This document shows, in pieces, positions 1-9,767 of a DNA stretch of 39,140 nt. The DNA lies in contig CAJWHW010000021.1 of assembly GCA_913040915.1 (NCBI GenBank), positions 1 to 39,140 of the forward strand, given 5' to 3'. Each line of letters begins with the position of its first letter. The first letter of the stretch is position 1. The DNA is from an uncultured Fidelibacterota bacterium (GTDB lineage Bacteria > Fidelibacterota > Marinisomatia > Marinisomatales > UBA1611). A program made the position numbers and the translations under genes. The notes beneath the pieces are model-generated. The model was not told where the DNA came from, searched no databases, and saw nothing but the letters and a program-made list of their open reading frames with translations.

Positions 1-27
1 GTGCCGGTTCGAGTCCGGCCTTCGGCA
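1..27 (+). tRNA. 3' fragment of a tRNA (T-arm, acceptor 3' strand, discriminator), probably tRNA-Leu; CCA not encoded
   Basis: T-stem GCCGG(3-7)/CCGGC(15-19) around loop TTCGAGT, then acceptor strand CTTCGGC(20-26) and A27. This implies a 5' end GCCGAAG, typical of tRNA-Leu. The anticodon is outside the window. Confidence 0.85.
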
Positions 28-76
28 CATACAAAAAGAGTCCTTCATTGATGGTTTTTTTTTATTTTCTTCATCA

Positions 77-105
77 TTGCTCAAAAGTATTGCTTGATTT
101 AGATT
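77..105 (+). promoter_or_regulatory. putative sigma70-type promoter
   Basis: TTGCTC(77-82), 17-bp spacer, TAGATT(100-105), upstream of ATGs at 118 and 130. Confidence 0.45.
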
Positions 106-117
106 CTCAGAGTATAC

Positions 118-1179
118 ATGCCAACTGAGATGATTAAAATATTCAAAAATCTTATTCTAATTATATTTTGGTTCTCGGTATTGAGTGCCCAGGATATTTC
201 TATATTCTTTTTAAATGATGGGTCCATTGTTCAGGGAAAGGTGGTGAATGAAAATCAACACCGTATTTTTGTAAAAACAGATCAAGGAACTATAAAAATA
301 TTGCCTAAAGATATTATAGGCAGAGAAGATCTGGCAAAAAAAGGTGATTTGACCTTTATGACTGATCGTGTGGATTATCTCCACAAAAATATTGATCGTC
401 TTACTGGTCAATTAAATTATATGAATGATTCATTGAATATGGCACTGGAAGATCTCTATGATTTGGTAAAAAATCTGGAAGTGCTGCAAAATGAATTTGA
501 AATAGATTTATTGAGATTACACTCTCAGGGAAGAGAACAGAAAAATCAAATAAAATATGTCCAAAATGATTTAGTTAATCAAAGGGTGGATATTGCTGTA
601 AATAGGCAAGAAATGGGTGGAATTGATGATACAGTGACAACGCTGAATAAGCAGCTTTCCCTAGCAAAGAAAAAATTAGAAGCAACAGCAAATCAATCTT
701 ATCTTATTTCTGGGACAATATCTAATATCAATCATGATATATCAGAATTGAAATTGGGACAGCAAAACCAGCAAAATCAAATTGATATTATGGCTGGTTC
801 TTTAGCAAATATCATTCAAGAAGTTCAGGCAGTAAGGGAAAGTTTTGGTGAAATCAAATCTGGTATTCAAAACAATAAAGAAAAACTTAGTCAAGTAAAT
901 GAACAATTAAACATTAAGACAGATGAATTAGGCACTCTAATCATAAATAGCCAAAATGATTTCAATCAACAAATGGAAGTATTTCGAAATTCATTTGAAG
1001 ACTCAGAAAATCAGGCTATGAAAGAGAGAAAAAAAATCATAGCTGATATGGATGACTATAGTGATGAATTAATGAAGATGAAAAAAACGATTGATAATTT
1101 AGAAAATGATATAACTACCTTGAATGTTCTAGAAAAAAAGATCAAATCATTGGAAGCAAGTATCACCACTGATAATTAA
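118..1179 (+). CDS. secreted protein with small N-terminal beta domain and long coiled coil (start may be ATG 130)
   Basis: Signal peptide ending LSA-Q; segment FLNDGSIVQGKVV...IFVKTDQGTIKI; then ~270 aa of Q/N/E/K/L-rich heptad pattern without prolines. Confidence 0.8.
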   Translation: MPTEMIKIFKNLILIIFWFSVLSAQDISIFFLNDGSIVQGKVVNENQHRIFVKTDQGTIKILPKDIIGREDLAKKGDLTFMTDRVDYLHKNIDRLTGQLNYMNDSLNMALEDLYDLVKNLEVLQNEFEIDLLRLHSQGREQKNQIKYVQNDLVNQRVDIAVNRQEMGGIDDTVTTLNKQLSLAKKKLEATANQSYLISGTISNINHDISELKLGQQNQQNQIDIMAGSLANIIQEVQAVRESFGEIKSGIQNNKEKLSQVNEQLNIKTDELGTLIINSQNDFNQQMEVFRNSFEDSENQAMKERKKIIADMDDYSDELMKMKKTIDNLENDITTLNVLEKKIKSLEASITTDN

Positions 1180-1276
1180 TGAATCAATTCTGCTTTCTTT
1201 TAAGATTATTTATTAAAATCCAAACCAATTCTAATTCAAAAATTATTTAATACATTTGATTCAAAATGAGGTAGTT

Positions 1277-2575
1277 ATGATGCTTTATTCACGAATTTTT
1301 ATACTTTTATGCACAACCGGTTTTATATATAGTCAAGACCCTGAAGTTTTATTAAGTACAGGTGAAGATCAGCTTGCATCTGGAGATTATGCCAGTGCAG
1401 AATTATCCTTTAATTCTGCTCTTCAAGTCGACCCTTCCTTTGCACCAGCATTGCAGGCATTATCAAAGCTTTATTTACATAAAGGTGATTTAAAGAAAGC
1501 AAACGAATATTCAATCCAAGCTGTTCAGGCAGACGAAGAATTTCGTGATTGGGCAACTCAAATTGGGAAAATCACTGAACATATACAAAATGGTAATAGG
1601 AATGTGCAACAAGGTTTGTTTGATGAAGCTATTAAAGAATACGAAGTTATTTCCACTGCTCATCCTTATTTCCCGGATGCTGAGTTCTATAAAGGTCTGA
1701 CCAGATTCCGGCAAAAAGATATTGAGGGGGCAGCGCAACATTTTAGTGCAGCAATCAAAATTTATCCTGAACATCCTAAAGCTAGAAAGGGACTGGATAA
1801 TGTAACCAAACAATTTTTAAATGCAGGTAATAAATCTTACAAAATGGGAGATTTGGGAAGAGCAACATCTTATTATCAAAAAGCTCTCAAGTATGATCCA
1901 AACTTCTACCTTGCTTATTTTCAATTAGGTGTATTAGAGAAAAAACAGGGAAACTCAAAAGCTGCAATTGAATATCTACAAAAAGTTTTGGAGATAAAAC
2001 CTGATCATGATAAAACATGGTTTACCTTGGGAACTGCTTATGAATCAGATGGTAATACAAATGAAGCTATCTCTCATTATAATAAAGCAGTTGAGATCAA
2101 TCCAGGATATTCAAAAGCATATGGAAATCTGGGTAAGCTATATACAGAAAAGGAAGATTATAAATCAGCGGAGGATGTTCTAAAAATCGTTACACAGATT
2201 GATCCAAATTATGCAGATGGATTTATGAGGTTGGGTATTCTGTATATAGAACAGGAACAATATAAATTTGCGGCAGAAAATCTGGTTATGTCCACAAGTT
2301 TAGATGACAAAGATTATTTTAAATATTTTAACCTTGCATCAGCATATAACCGGTTAAAAAAATATAATGAAGCGGTAGCAGCTGCTCAGTCCTGTGTAGA
2401 TCTTAAGAAGAAATTTGGTGGAGGTTGGATGGAATTAGGTATGGCCGAGCTTGGGAAAAGAAATAAAACACGTGCAAAAAGACATTTTGAAGAAGCCAAA
2501 AAAGATCGGGATTGGAGAGAATTAGCTGAGAGAGAAATAGATAAAATCCTAAATCCAGCAAAATACGAAAAATAG
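1277..2575 (+). CDS. secreted tetratricopeptide repeat protein
   Basis: SD-like GAGGT at 1268-1272 before ATG 1277; signal peptide; about 10 TPR units (e.g. YQKALKYDPNFYLAYFQLG, YNKAVEINPGYSKAYGNLG). Confidence 0.9.
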   Translation: MMLYSRIFILLCTTGFIYSQDPEVLLSTGEDQLASGDYASAELSFNSALQVDPSFAPALQALSKLYLHKGDLKKANEYSIQAVQADEEFRDWATQIGKITEHIQNGNRNVQQGLFDEAIKEYEVISTAHPYFPDAEFYKGLTRFRQKDIEGAAQHFSAAIKIYPEHPKARKGLDNVTKQFLNAGNKSYKMGDLGRATSYYQKALKYDPNFYLAYFQLGVLEKKQGNSKAAIEYLQKVLEIKPDHDKTWFTLGTAYESDGNTNEAISHYNKAVEINPGYSKAYGNLGKLYTEKEDYKSAEDVLKIVTQIDPNYADGFMRLGILYIEQEQYKFAAENLVMSTSLDDKDYFKYFNLASAYNRLKKYNEAVAAAQSCVDLKKKFGGGWMELGMAELGKRNKTRAKRHFEEAKKDRDWRELAEREIDKILNPAKYEK

Positions 2576-2584
2576 TCTGAATGG

Positions 2585-3280
2585 ATGAAAGAAATAATTA
2601 AGGGCGTTGTATTTGATTTAGATAATACACTTTTAGACTTCATGAAAATGAAGGAGTTTGCTGTAAAAGCTGCAATAAAGGGTATGATAGAAGCTGGGCT
2701 CATGATCGATGAAAACCAGTCCTACAAAGAAATCATCTGGATTTATGAAGAATTTGGATGGGAAAACCAAAAAGTTTTTGATGTATTTATTGAAAAACAA
2801 ATTGGATATGTTGATAATAAATTTTTAGCTGCTGGTATAGTCGCTTATCGCAGAGCCAGAGAAGCAAATCTAATGGCATATCCAAATGTGAATAAAACAT
2901 TAATGGCACTAGCAAAGGCAGGAATAAAACTTGGAGTGGTTTCAGATGCGCCCAGTAGAGAAGCCTGGATGCGAATCTACTATCTTAATCTGTATCATTT
3001 TTTTGATGTTGTGATCACTTTTGATGATAGTCAGGAGAGAAAACCATCTTCAAAACCATTTCAGATGGCCCTTGACTCAATGGGCTTAAAACCTCAAGAA
3101 ACCATTATGGTCGGCGATTGGCCTGAAAGAGATGTGGTCGGTGCAAAGCAAATAGGTATGAAAACAGCTTTTGCACGATATGGAGACACTTTTGGTACTG
3201 TTCATTCTGGAGCAGACTGGGACTTGAATGATATTTTTCAGTTAGTAATGATTATCAACGATCATAACAGCAGTGTCTAA
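2585..3280 (+). CDS. HAD-IA hydrolase, TIGR02253-like
   Basis: Motif I FDLDNTL, motif II VVSD, KP, motif IV MVGDWPERDVVGAK. Confidence 0.9.
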   Translation: MKEIIKGVVFDLDNTLLDFMKMKEFAVKAAIKGMIEAGLMIDENQSYKEIIWIYEEFGWENQKVFDVFIEKQIGYVDNKFLAAGIVAYRRAREANLMAYPNVNKTLMALAKAGIKLGVVSDAPSREAWMRIYYLNLYHFFDVVITFDDSQERKPSSKPFQMALDSMGLKPQETIMVGDWPERDVVGAKQIGMKTAFARYGDTFGTVHSGADWDLNDIFQLVMIINDHNSSV

Positions 3281-3635
3281 TATATATATCGGCACGGATT
3301 TGGTGGAAGTCACCAGAATTCGTTCTGCTATTGATGATAATGGCGTAAGATTTCTCAATCGAATATTTACTGAATTTGAACAACAATATTGTCAGTCTAA
3401 AGCCAATCCTGAAATACACTATGCCGGACGTTTTGCTGCGAAAGAAGCTGTGATGAAGGCACTAAAATCATCCGGTATTAATGATCCCATTCCATTTGAT
3501 TCAATTGATATTCAATCATCTGATACAGGAGAACCTTTGGTGGTGATGAAATTAAAATTTGGTGGAATTTGTAAGGTTTCCATTTCACATACTGCAACCC
3601 ACGCTATCGCTTCAGCAATTTATACACCTAAATGA
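3273..3635 (+). CDS. acpS: holo-ACP synthase
   Basis: IGTDLVE, RIFT..E, AGRFAAKEA, VSISH motifs; GTG start. Confidence 0.95.
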   Translation: MSNIYIGTDLVEVTRIRSAIDDNGVRFLNRIFTEFEQQYCQSKANPEIHYAGRFAAKEAVMKALKSSGINDPIPFDSIDIQSSDTGEPLVVMKLKFGGICKVSISHTATHAIASAIYTPK

Positions 3636-5164
3636 GGCTGTTGACACCAGATCAGGCCCGTGAGTTGGATCAAATTTCAATGGATGATTTGGGGATATCT
3701 GGAACAATGTTAATGGGCAATGCTGGTTCCAAAATTTCGGATGTAGCATTAGAAATGGTTGCAGATTTCCATAATCCATTTATTCTTATAATATGTGGCA
3801 AGGGTAATAATGGTGGAGATGGATATGCGGCAGCCCTAGAATTATCCAAAAGTAATATCAATGTAAAAGTACATTCACTTTATAGTATAGATGAATATAA
3901 AGGTGATTTATTAGATTATTACTTGAAGTGTTATAGTTCCGATATTTCCATAACATTTGGAATTGATTTGCCAGATTTTACACCACCGGATTTAATTATT
4001 GATGGATTACTTGGAACAGGCTTCAAAGGTAAATTGAAAGGAATTTTAGTACCATGGATAGAATGGATCAATAATACAAAATCTGCAGTACTATCTATAG
4101 ATATTCCATCTGGTCTAGATGGTAATTCTGGCACAGTCATTAATCATGCGATAAAATCAAAAGCAACTGTTACCTTTGGAGCTCCAAAATTGGGTAGTGT
4201 ACTTAGGCAGGGGAAAAAATATTCTGGATTGATTTACACGAAAGATATAGGTTTCCCAAATTTAAATACAATTCAGATTCAAGGGCTTGATTGGGAATTG
4301 TTTGAAGAATTTGATGTACATGATATTTTAAAGAAGCCTGATTTAAATACGAATAAATATACTGCCGGAAAAGTATTAGTCATTGCAGGGTCAAGAGGTA
4401 TGACAGGGGCAGCTATATTATCAACTTATGGTGCTCTACGCTCTGGTGCAGGATTAACGATAACAACCACACCAGCTTCTCTCAATGAAATCATGGAAAG
4501 ATCCATTTTAGAAGGCATGACATTACCTTTAGAAGATGGGGGAAGTGGATATATTGGTTTTAATCATTATGATGAAATCATGAATACAGTTGAATGGGCT
4601 GATACCATTGTATTAGGTCCAGGCCTTGGTAGACAAAGAGAGACACAAAAATTAATTTGCAAGTTAGTTTCAAGCATAGAAAAACCAATTATATTGGATG
4701 CCGATGGACTTTATCCTTTTTCTGATCAATTAGAAAAATTAAATAAAAGAGAAAATCCTTTGGTTATTACTCCACACTTAGGTGAACTATCAAATCTAAT
4801 CGGAAAGAATAAAAACGATATAATTTTCAATTTCCCAATAATAATGACGAATTTAATGAAGGATTTCCATCATGTTGCTTTGGTAAAACAAGTACCTAAT
4901 TGTACCTTTTATAAGAATCATGCAGTTGTAAACTCTTCAGGAAACCCTGGCTTAGCAACTGGTGGGACGGGCGATATTCTAGCTGGGATGATAGGAAGTT
5001 TGATTGCACAGAATTATACTCCATTTAATGCTTCATTTCTTGCTTCTTTTCTCCATGGTAAAGCTTCTGATATTCTTGTGAACGAAAAAGGATATCGTGG
5101 GCAAATTGCTTCTGATTTATTGGATAAAATTCCCAGTACAATTGGTTGCTATGAAAGATTCTAA
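3632..5164 (+). CDS. nnr: bifunctional NAD(P)H-hydrate epimerase/dehydratase
   Basis: YjeF_N motifs GKGNNGGDG, DGLLGTG, DIPSG; carbohydrate-kinase motifs GPGLG, LDADGL, TPHLGE, GGTGDILAG. Confidence 0.95.
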   Translation: MRLLTPDQARELDQISMDDLGISGTMLMGNAGSKISDVALEMVADFHNPFILIICGKGNNGGDGYAAALELSKSNINVKVHSLYSIDEYKGDLLDYYLKCYSSDISITFGIDLPDFTPPDLIIDGLLGTGFKGKLKGILVPWIEWINNTKSAVLSIDIPSGLDGNSGTVINHAIKSKATVTFGAPKLGSVLRQGKKYSGLIYTKDIGFPNLNTIQIQGLDWELFEEFDVHDILKKPDLNTNKYTAGKVLVIAGSRGMTGAAILSTYGALRSGAGLTITTTPASLNEIMERSILEGMTLPLEDGGSGYIGFNHYDEIMNTVEWADTIVLGPGLGRQRETQKLICKLVSSIEKPIILDADGLYPFSDQLEKLNKRENPLVITPHLGELSNLIGKNKNDIIFNFPIIMTNLMKDFHHVALVKQVPNCTFYKNHAVVNSSGNPGLATGGTGDILAGMIGSLIAQNYTPFNASFLASFLHGKASDILVNEKGYRGQIASDLLDKIPSTIGCYERF

Positions 5165-5498
5165 AAGTCAATTTGTATTGTATTTGGTTTTAATTATTTT
5201 TGGCTCAAGTATCCCAGGGAACTCTGTCCCACATTTGGTCGCACTTACATGGGATAAATTATTACATATTATTGAATATTCTATTCTTGGTTGGCTGGGA
5301 TACCGTGCCTTTAAATCAGATATTGAAAATCCAGCATTCTTGGTTGTCCCATTTGGTATTTTATTTGGGTGTTTCGATGAGGCTTGGCAATCAATAATTC
5401 CAGGTAGATTTCCAAGCCATTATGATGTGATTGCAGATGGAATTGGTGTAATATTCGGAAGTATTGTAAGTTATTTTATATTTAATAAACCTAAATGA
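5151..5498 (+). CDS. VanZ family membrane protein
   Basis: DKLLH..EY, DEAWQSIIPGR, DVIAD motifs; ATG 5151 preferred over 5097. Confidence 0.88.
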   Translation: MKDSKSQFVLYLVLIIFGSSIPGNSVPHLVALTWDKLLHIIEYSILGWLGYRAFKSDIENPAFLVVPFGILFGCFDEAWQSIIPGRFPSHYDVIADGIGVIFGSIVSYFIFNKPK

Positions 5499-7102
5499 TA
5501 CAGCATCTTTATATTAAAGATTATGCCATTATTGATGAGGCTAATATCAAATTTAATCCTGGATTAACGGTTATAACCGGTGAAACGGGTTCAGGTAAGT
5601 CTCTTATTCTTGAAGCTCTTACCGTTTCCATGGGTGGAAAAGCAGACAAAATTATGGTTAGAAATGGAACACCACGAGCAGTTATTGAAGTGACTTTTCA
5701 TGATCAACAATCTTTAAGAAGAATTGTATCTAATGAAGGTAGGACAAAAGCATATATCAATGAAGAACCAACCAATATAAAAACTTTAAAAGAATCAAAT
5801 AGTACACAAATTGATTTTCATGGTCAGCATGATCAACAACATATATTAAATATTGATACCCATATTGAATATTTAGACCGCTATTGTCATCATGATGATC
5901 TTGTTGAAAAGATTGGATTAGTATTTGACAAAATCCAATTTCTCAAATCTCAACTGATATTATTACAACAATCGAAGCAGGAAAGAGCAGATAGAATAGA
6001 GTATTTAATGTTTCAAGCAAATGAAATTGACACTGTTAATCCTACAATCAATGAAGATGAAAAAGTTGAGCAATTATATAAAAAATTAAGCCACCTTGAT
6101 GCAATACAATCATGCTTGAATGGCCTGCAATCTGAATTAATTAATGGTGATTCATCTATCTCTGATGTTCTAGAAGAAAAGTCTCGCCAGATACAAGGCG
6201 TTATAAAATATGATAAGGAATTAGGGACTATTGATGAATTAATTCGTTCAGCAATTATTCATTTACAAGAGGTAAACTCAGAAATTTCAGTTCAATTGTC
6301 CAGTGCAGATTATAACCCGGAAGAATTATCTAAAGTTGAAGAAAGGTACCATTCTCTAGAAGAAATGAAACGTAAATATGGTGGTTCGATCGAATCGGTA
6401 ATTGAGTACCGGAAAACAATAAAAAATGAAATAAAATCTTACTCAGACCCAGATCAATCAGAACGAAAATTAAAAGAACAATTAAGAAATAAAGAAAAAT
6501 TATTTTCTAATTATGCTCTTCAACTTAACAAAAATAGAACTAAGATGGCACGAACCCTTTCTCATAAAATTGAAGAAGCTATGGTAGAGCTCAATATGCC
6601 TGGTTCTAAATTTGAGATTAAAATAAGTCAGGATTTAAATGAATCTGGAATTGTACCATTCAATAATCAAATGGCTCAGGGAAACAGGAAAGGTATTGAT
6701 CGGATTGAGTTATTCTTGTCAGCAAATCCAGGGCAGCCTGTAAAACCATTAGCTACAATTGCTTCAGGTGGAGAAATATCTAGAATAATGCTTGCGATCA
6801 AAACTGTTTTTCAAGAACAAGATCCCGTGTCAACATTGGTATTTGATGAAATTGATTCAGGTATTTCGGGATTTACTGCAGAAAAAGTAGCAGAACTATT
6901 ATTAAAACTTTCAAAAAGAAAACAGGTATTATGTATATCACATCTTTCACAAATAATGAGAAAAGCTGATTATCATTTGAATGTTGAAAAAATAGTTCAG
7001 CAAAACCAAACATTTGTAAAGGCAAATTATCTTACTAAAAAGGAAAGTTTAGAATTAATAGAAAATTTATACATGGGTAAAAAAGCAGTACATTATGGAT
7101 AA
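5495..7102 (+). CDS. recN: DNA repair protein RecN
   Basis: Walker A TGETGSGKS, HGQHD, SGGEISR signature, FDEIDSG, CISHL. Confidence 0.95.
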   Translation: MIQHLYIKDYAIIDEANIKFNPGLTVITGETGSGKSLILEALTVSMGGKADKIMVRNGTPRAVIEVTFHDQQSLRRIVSNEGRTKAYINEEPTNIKTLKESNSTQIDFHGQHDQQHILNIDTHIEYLDRYCHHDDLVEKIGLVFDKIQFLKSQLILLQQSKQERADRIEYLMFQANEIDTVNPTINEDEKVEQLYKKLSHLDAIQSCLNGLQSELINGDSSISDVLEEKSRQIQGVIKYDKELGTIDELIRSAIIHLQEVNSEISVQLSSADYNPEELSKVEERYHSLEEMKRKYGGSIESVIEYRKTIKNEIKSYSDPDQSERKLKEQLRNKEKLFSNYALQLNKNRTKMARTLSHKIEEAMVELNMPGSKFEIKISQDLNESGIVPFNNQMAQGNRKGIDRIELFLSANPGQPVKPLATIASGGEISRIMLAIKTVFQEQDPVSTLVFDEIDSGISGFTAEKVAELLLKLSKRKQVLCISHLSQIMRKADYHLNVEKIVQQNQTFVKANYLTKKESLELIENLYMGKKAVHYG

Positions 7103-8345
7103 ATTACTTATTGAAGGGAAGAACCCACTATCTGGAAATGTAAAGATAAGTGGTGCAAAAAATGCTGTATTGCCAATTATGACGGCAGCATTAATGTCTG
7201 ATGGTAAATCAACAATCACGCGAGTTCCCGATTTGAGAGATACACGTACGATGATCCAACTTTTGGAAATTGTCGGGGCTAGGTGTGATTTTGGCAATGG
7301 CAGTTTAGTAATTGATGGGACCACAGTTGATAACCCTGAAGCTCCTTATGATTTAGTGAAAACAATGCGTGCCTCCTTTTATGTTCTCGGTCCATTAATT
7401 TCAAGATTCGGAAGAGTGAAAGTTTCTTTGCCGGGTGGATGTGCTTGGGGTCCAAGACCTGTAGATTTTCATCTCAAAGGATTGGAAAAACTTGGAGCAA
7501 AAATTACGCTAGAAAGCGGATATATTCTTGCTGAAGCGGATCGACTAAAAGGGAATGAGATTAGTTTTGAATTTCCATCTGTTGGTGCGACCGGCAATAT
7601 TGCAATGGCTGCTGTTACAGCAGAAGGAACAACAGTTATTGAAAATGCAGCACAGGAACCGGAAATTGTGCAACTGTGTGAATATTTGAATAAAATGGGT
7701 GCCCGCATAAATGGTATTGGTACAACAAGAATACAAATAGAAGGTGTTGATAAACTTTATCCGGCAGATGTAGAAGTTATTCCTGATCGAATTGAAGCTG
7801 GAACTTTTCTGACTGCTGGTGCTATCTTAGGGGAAATTACTCTTGTTGATGTGAATCCTCAAAATCTGGATGCTGTTTTATTAAAACTTAAAAAAGTAGG
7901 AGCTGAAATTTCTACAACAAAAGATTCTATTACTATTTCTCCAGCTGATAAAATTCAAGCAGTTGATATGAAAACTGCTGTGTATCCGGGGTTTCCAACA
8001 GATCTACAGGCACAATGGGTAGCACTTATGTCCCTGGCAGATGGATCTTCTATGATAACTGATACGGTATACCATGATCGCTTCAGTCATGTGCCCGAAT
8101 TAAATCGTTTTGGTGCAAACATAAAAGTTGACAATAATACAGCAATTGTCCGTGGTGTGAAGGAATTAATTGGTGCACCTGTAATGTCTACAGATATTCG
8201 AGCTAGTGCATCATTAATTGTTGCAGGTTTAGCTGCAAATGGTGTTACAGAAGTGAGCCGGATCTATCATATTGATCGTGGATATGAACAAATAGAACAG
8301 AAATTTCGATCCTTAGGAGCTAAAATCAAGCGGGAAAGGATGTAG
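7095..8345 (+). CDS. murA: UDP-N-acetylglucosamine 1-carboxyvinyltransferase
   Basis: SGAKNA, MRAS, LPGGCAWGPRP (catalytic Cys), DRIEAGTF, PGFPTDLQ, HIDRGYE. Confidence 0.98.
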   Translation: MDKLLIEGKNPLSGNVKISGAKNAVLPIMTAALMSDGKSTITRVPDLRDTRTMIQLLEIVGARCDFGNGSLVIDGTTVDNPEAPYDLVKTMRASFYVLGPLISRFGRVKVSLPGGCAWGPRPVDFHLKGLEKLGAKITLESGYILAEADRLKGNEISFEFPSVGATGNIAMAAVTAEGTTVIENAAQEPEIVQLCEYLNKMGARINGIGTTRIQIEGVDKLYPADVEVIPDRIEAGTFLTAGAILGEITLVDVNPQNLDAVLLKLKKVGAEISTTKDSITISPADKIQAVDMKTAVYPGFPTDLQAQWVALMSLADGSSMITDTVYHDRFSHVPELNRFGANIKVDNNTAIVRGVKELIGAPVMSTDIRASASLIVAGLAANGVTEVSRIYHIDRGYEQIEQKFRSLGAKIKRERM

Positions 8346-8414
8346 CTTTAATTGCTTTTTTATGTATTGAAATGAAGTAACTTTTTAATCCTATATTTAT
8401 TAGAGTATCAGAGT

Positions 8415-9767
8415 ATGAAGGTAATAATAATTGGTGGTGGCGAAGTGGGTTTCCACGTTGCAAAAGCATTAAGTGAAGAAGATTACGATATAACTGTTAT
8501 TGATATTGATCCATTCAAGTGTCGTCGCGCTTCCGAAAACTTAGACGTCATTGTTGTGGAAGGAAATGGTGCTAGTCCAAAAACACTGACAGAAGCATAT
8601 GTAGGTGCAGCAGATTATGTGCTTTGTTTGACACGTGTTGATGAAGTAAATCTTATTGCTTCGCAACAAGCCCACAAATTAGGTGCAAATAAAATTATTG
8701 CCCGTTTACGGAATCAGCAGTACACGGCGAAAGATTCAATTATTCGTCCTGAAAAATTTGGTGTTGATGTGGTCATACATCCAGAAAAAGCGGCTTGTGA
8801 AGAAATAATACGACTTGTAAAACATCCCTACGCTGTCCAAGTGATGGATTTTGAAGCAGGCAGATTAACCATGTTAGGCATCAATATTAATGGAGAATGT
8901 GAAAACATAAAAGGGAAGCATCTTGGTGATATATGCCTTGAGAACAGTCATTTTCGTTTTGGTACCATAGCAGTTATAAGAGGTCAGGAAACCATAGTCC
9001 CATGGTCTGATTTTCAATTTCAGGATGGTGATATCGCATATTTTATCATCAAAACTGAGGATGTCCAAAATTTACTGAGGTTGCTTTGTAAAAAAGCCAC
9101 AAAAACTCATCGTGTTATGATTATTGGTGGATCAAAGATTGGTCGTTCTCTTGCTCAAGAATTACCAAGTGAAACTGTAAATGTACGCTTGGTGGAATAT
9201 AATAGGCCTAAAGCTGGGCGGATTTCTCACAATATTGATCATTCCATGATCCTTTTTGGAGATGGGACTGACCTAGAATTTTTAAAATCTGAAAATATTC
9301 AAGATGTAGACAGTTTCATTTCTGTAACAGAAAATGAAAAGACAAATTTAATTGCTGGTTTACTTGCAAAACACTTAGGAGTAAAACAAAGTATCATTCA
9401 CGTATCAACAACAGAATATATCCCAACAATACAGGAAATAGGTGCAGGAGCTGTCATTAGCAAAAACCTGTCCACAGTAAATTCAATATTGAGAGAACTA
9501 TATACAGATGTAACTGAGATTCCAGTTCTTACTTTTGATGAAATTGATGTTGATGTAATTGAATTCCAACCAGAGCCTAATAGTCCGGTTACTCAACGAC
9601 CCTTAAAAGAACTTAATTTCCCAAAGGATAGTATTGTTGGGATGATAAATCATCATGGAAAAATTAGAATTGCCCATGGTACATCTATTTTGACTGAAGA
9701 TGATACAGCGTTGGTATTTGCAAAACCTAAAGCGATTAACAAATTGAAAAAATTATTCGGCTCATGA
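8415..9767 (+). CDS. trkA: Trk potassium uptake NAD-binding subunit
   Basis: Two RCK N/C pairs with IIGGGEVG and IIGGSKIG; adjacent to trkH. Confidence 0.95.
   Translation: MKVIIIGGGEVGFHVAKALSEEDYDITVIDIDPFKCRRASENLDVIVVEGNGASPKTLTEAYVGAADYVLCLTRVDEVNLIASQQAHKLGANKIIARLRNQQYTAKDSIIRPEKFGVDVVIHPEKAACEEIIRLVKHPYAVQVMDFEAGRLTMLGININGECENIKGKHLGDICLENSHFRFGTIAVIRGQETIVPWSDFQFQDGDIAYFIIKTEDVQNLLRLLCKKATKTHRVMIIGGSKIGRSLAQELPSETVNVRLVEYNRPKAGRISHNIDHSMILFGDGTDLEFLKSENIQDVDSFISVTENEKTNLIAGLLAKHLGVKQSIIHVSTTEYIPTIQEIGAGAVISKNLSTVNSILRELYTDVTEIPVLTFDEIDVDVIEFQPEPNSPVTQRPLKELNFPKDSIVGMINHHGKIRIAHGTSILTEDDTALVFAKPKAINKLKKLFGS

Noticed and set aside
33..63. Intrinsic terminator after the tRNA (T9 run at 55-63)
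   Set aside because: The preceding stem (CCTTCA/TGATGG) is mismatched with an impossibly small loop, too weak to call
1..1179. tRNA 3' end as attachment site of an integrated element
   Set aside because: No integrase, no second copy of the tRNA end and no evident composition shift; the fragment simply runs off the window edge
1251..1258. TACATTTG matching the Bacteroidota -7 promoter consensus TAnnTTTG
   Set aside because: No matching -33 TTTG, and a single hit in AT-rich DNA is expected by chance
5151..5498. Glycopeptide resistance locus
   Set aside because: Stand-alone VanZ-like genes are widespread and no other van genes are present
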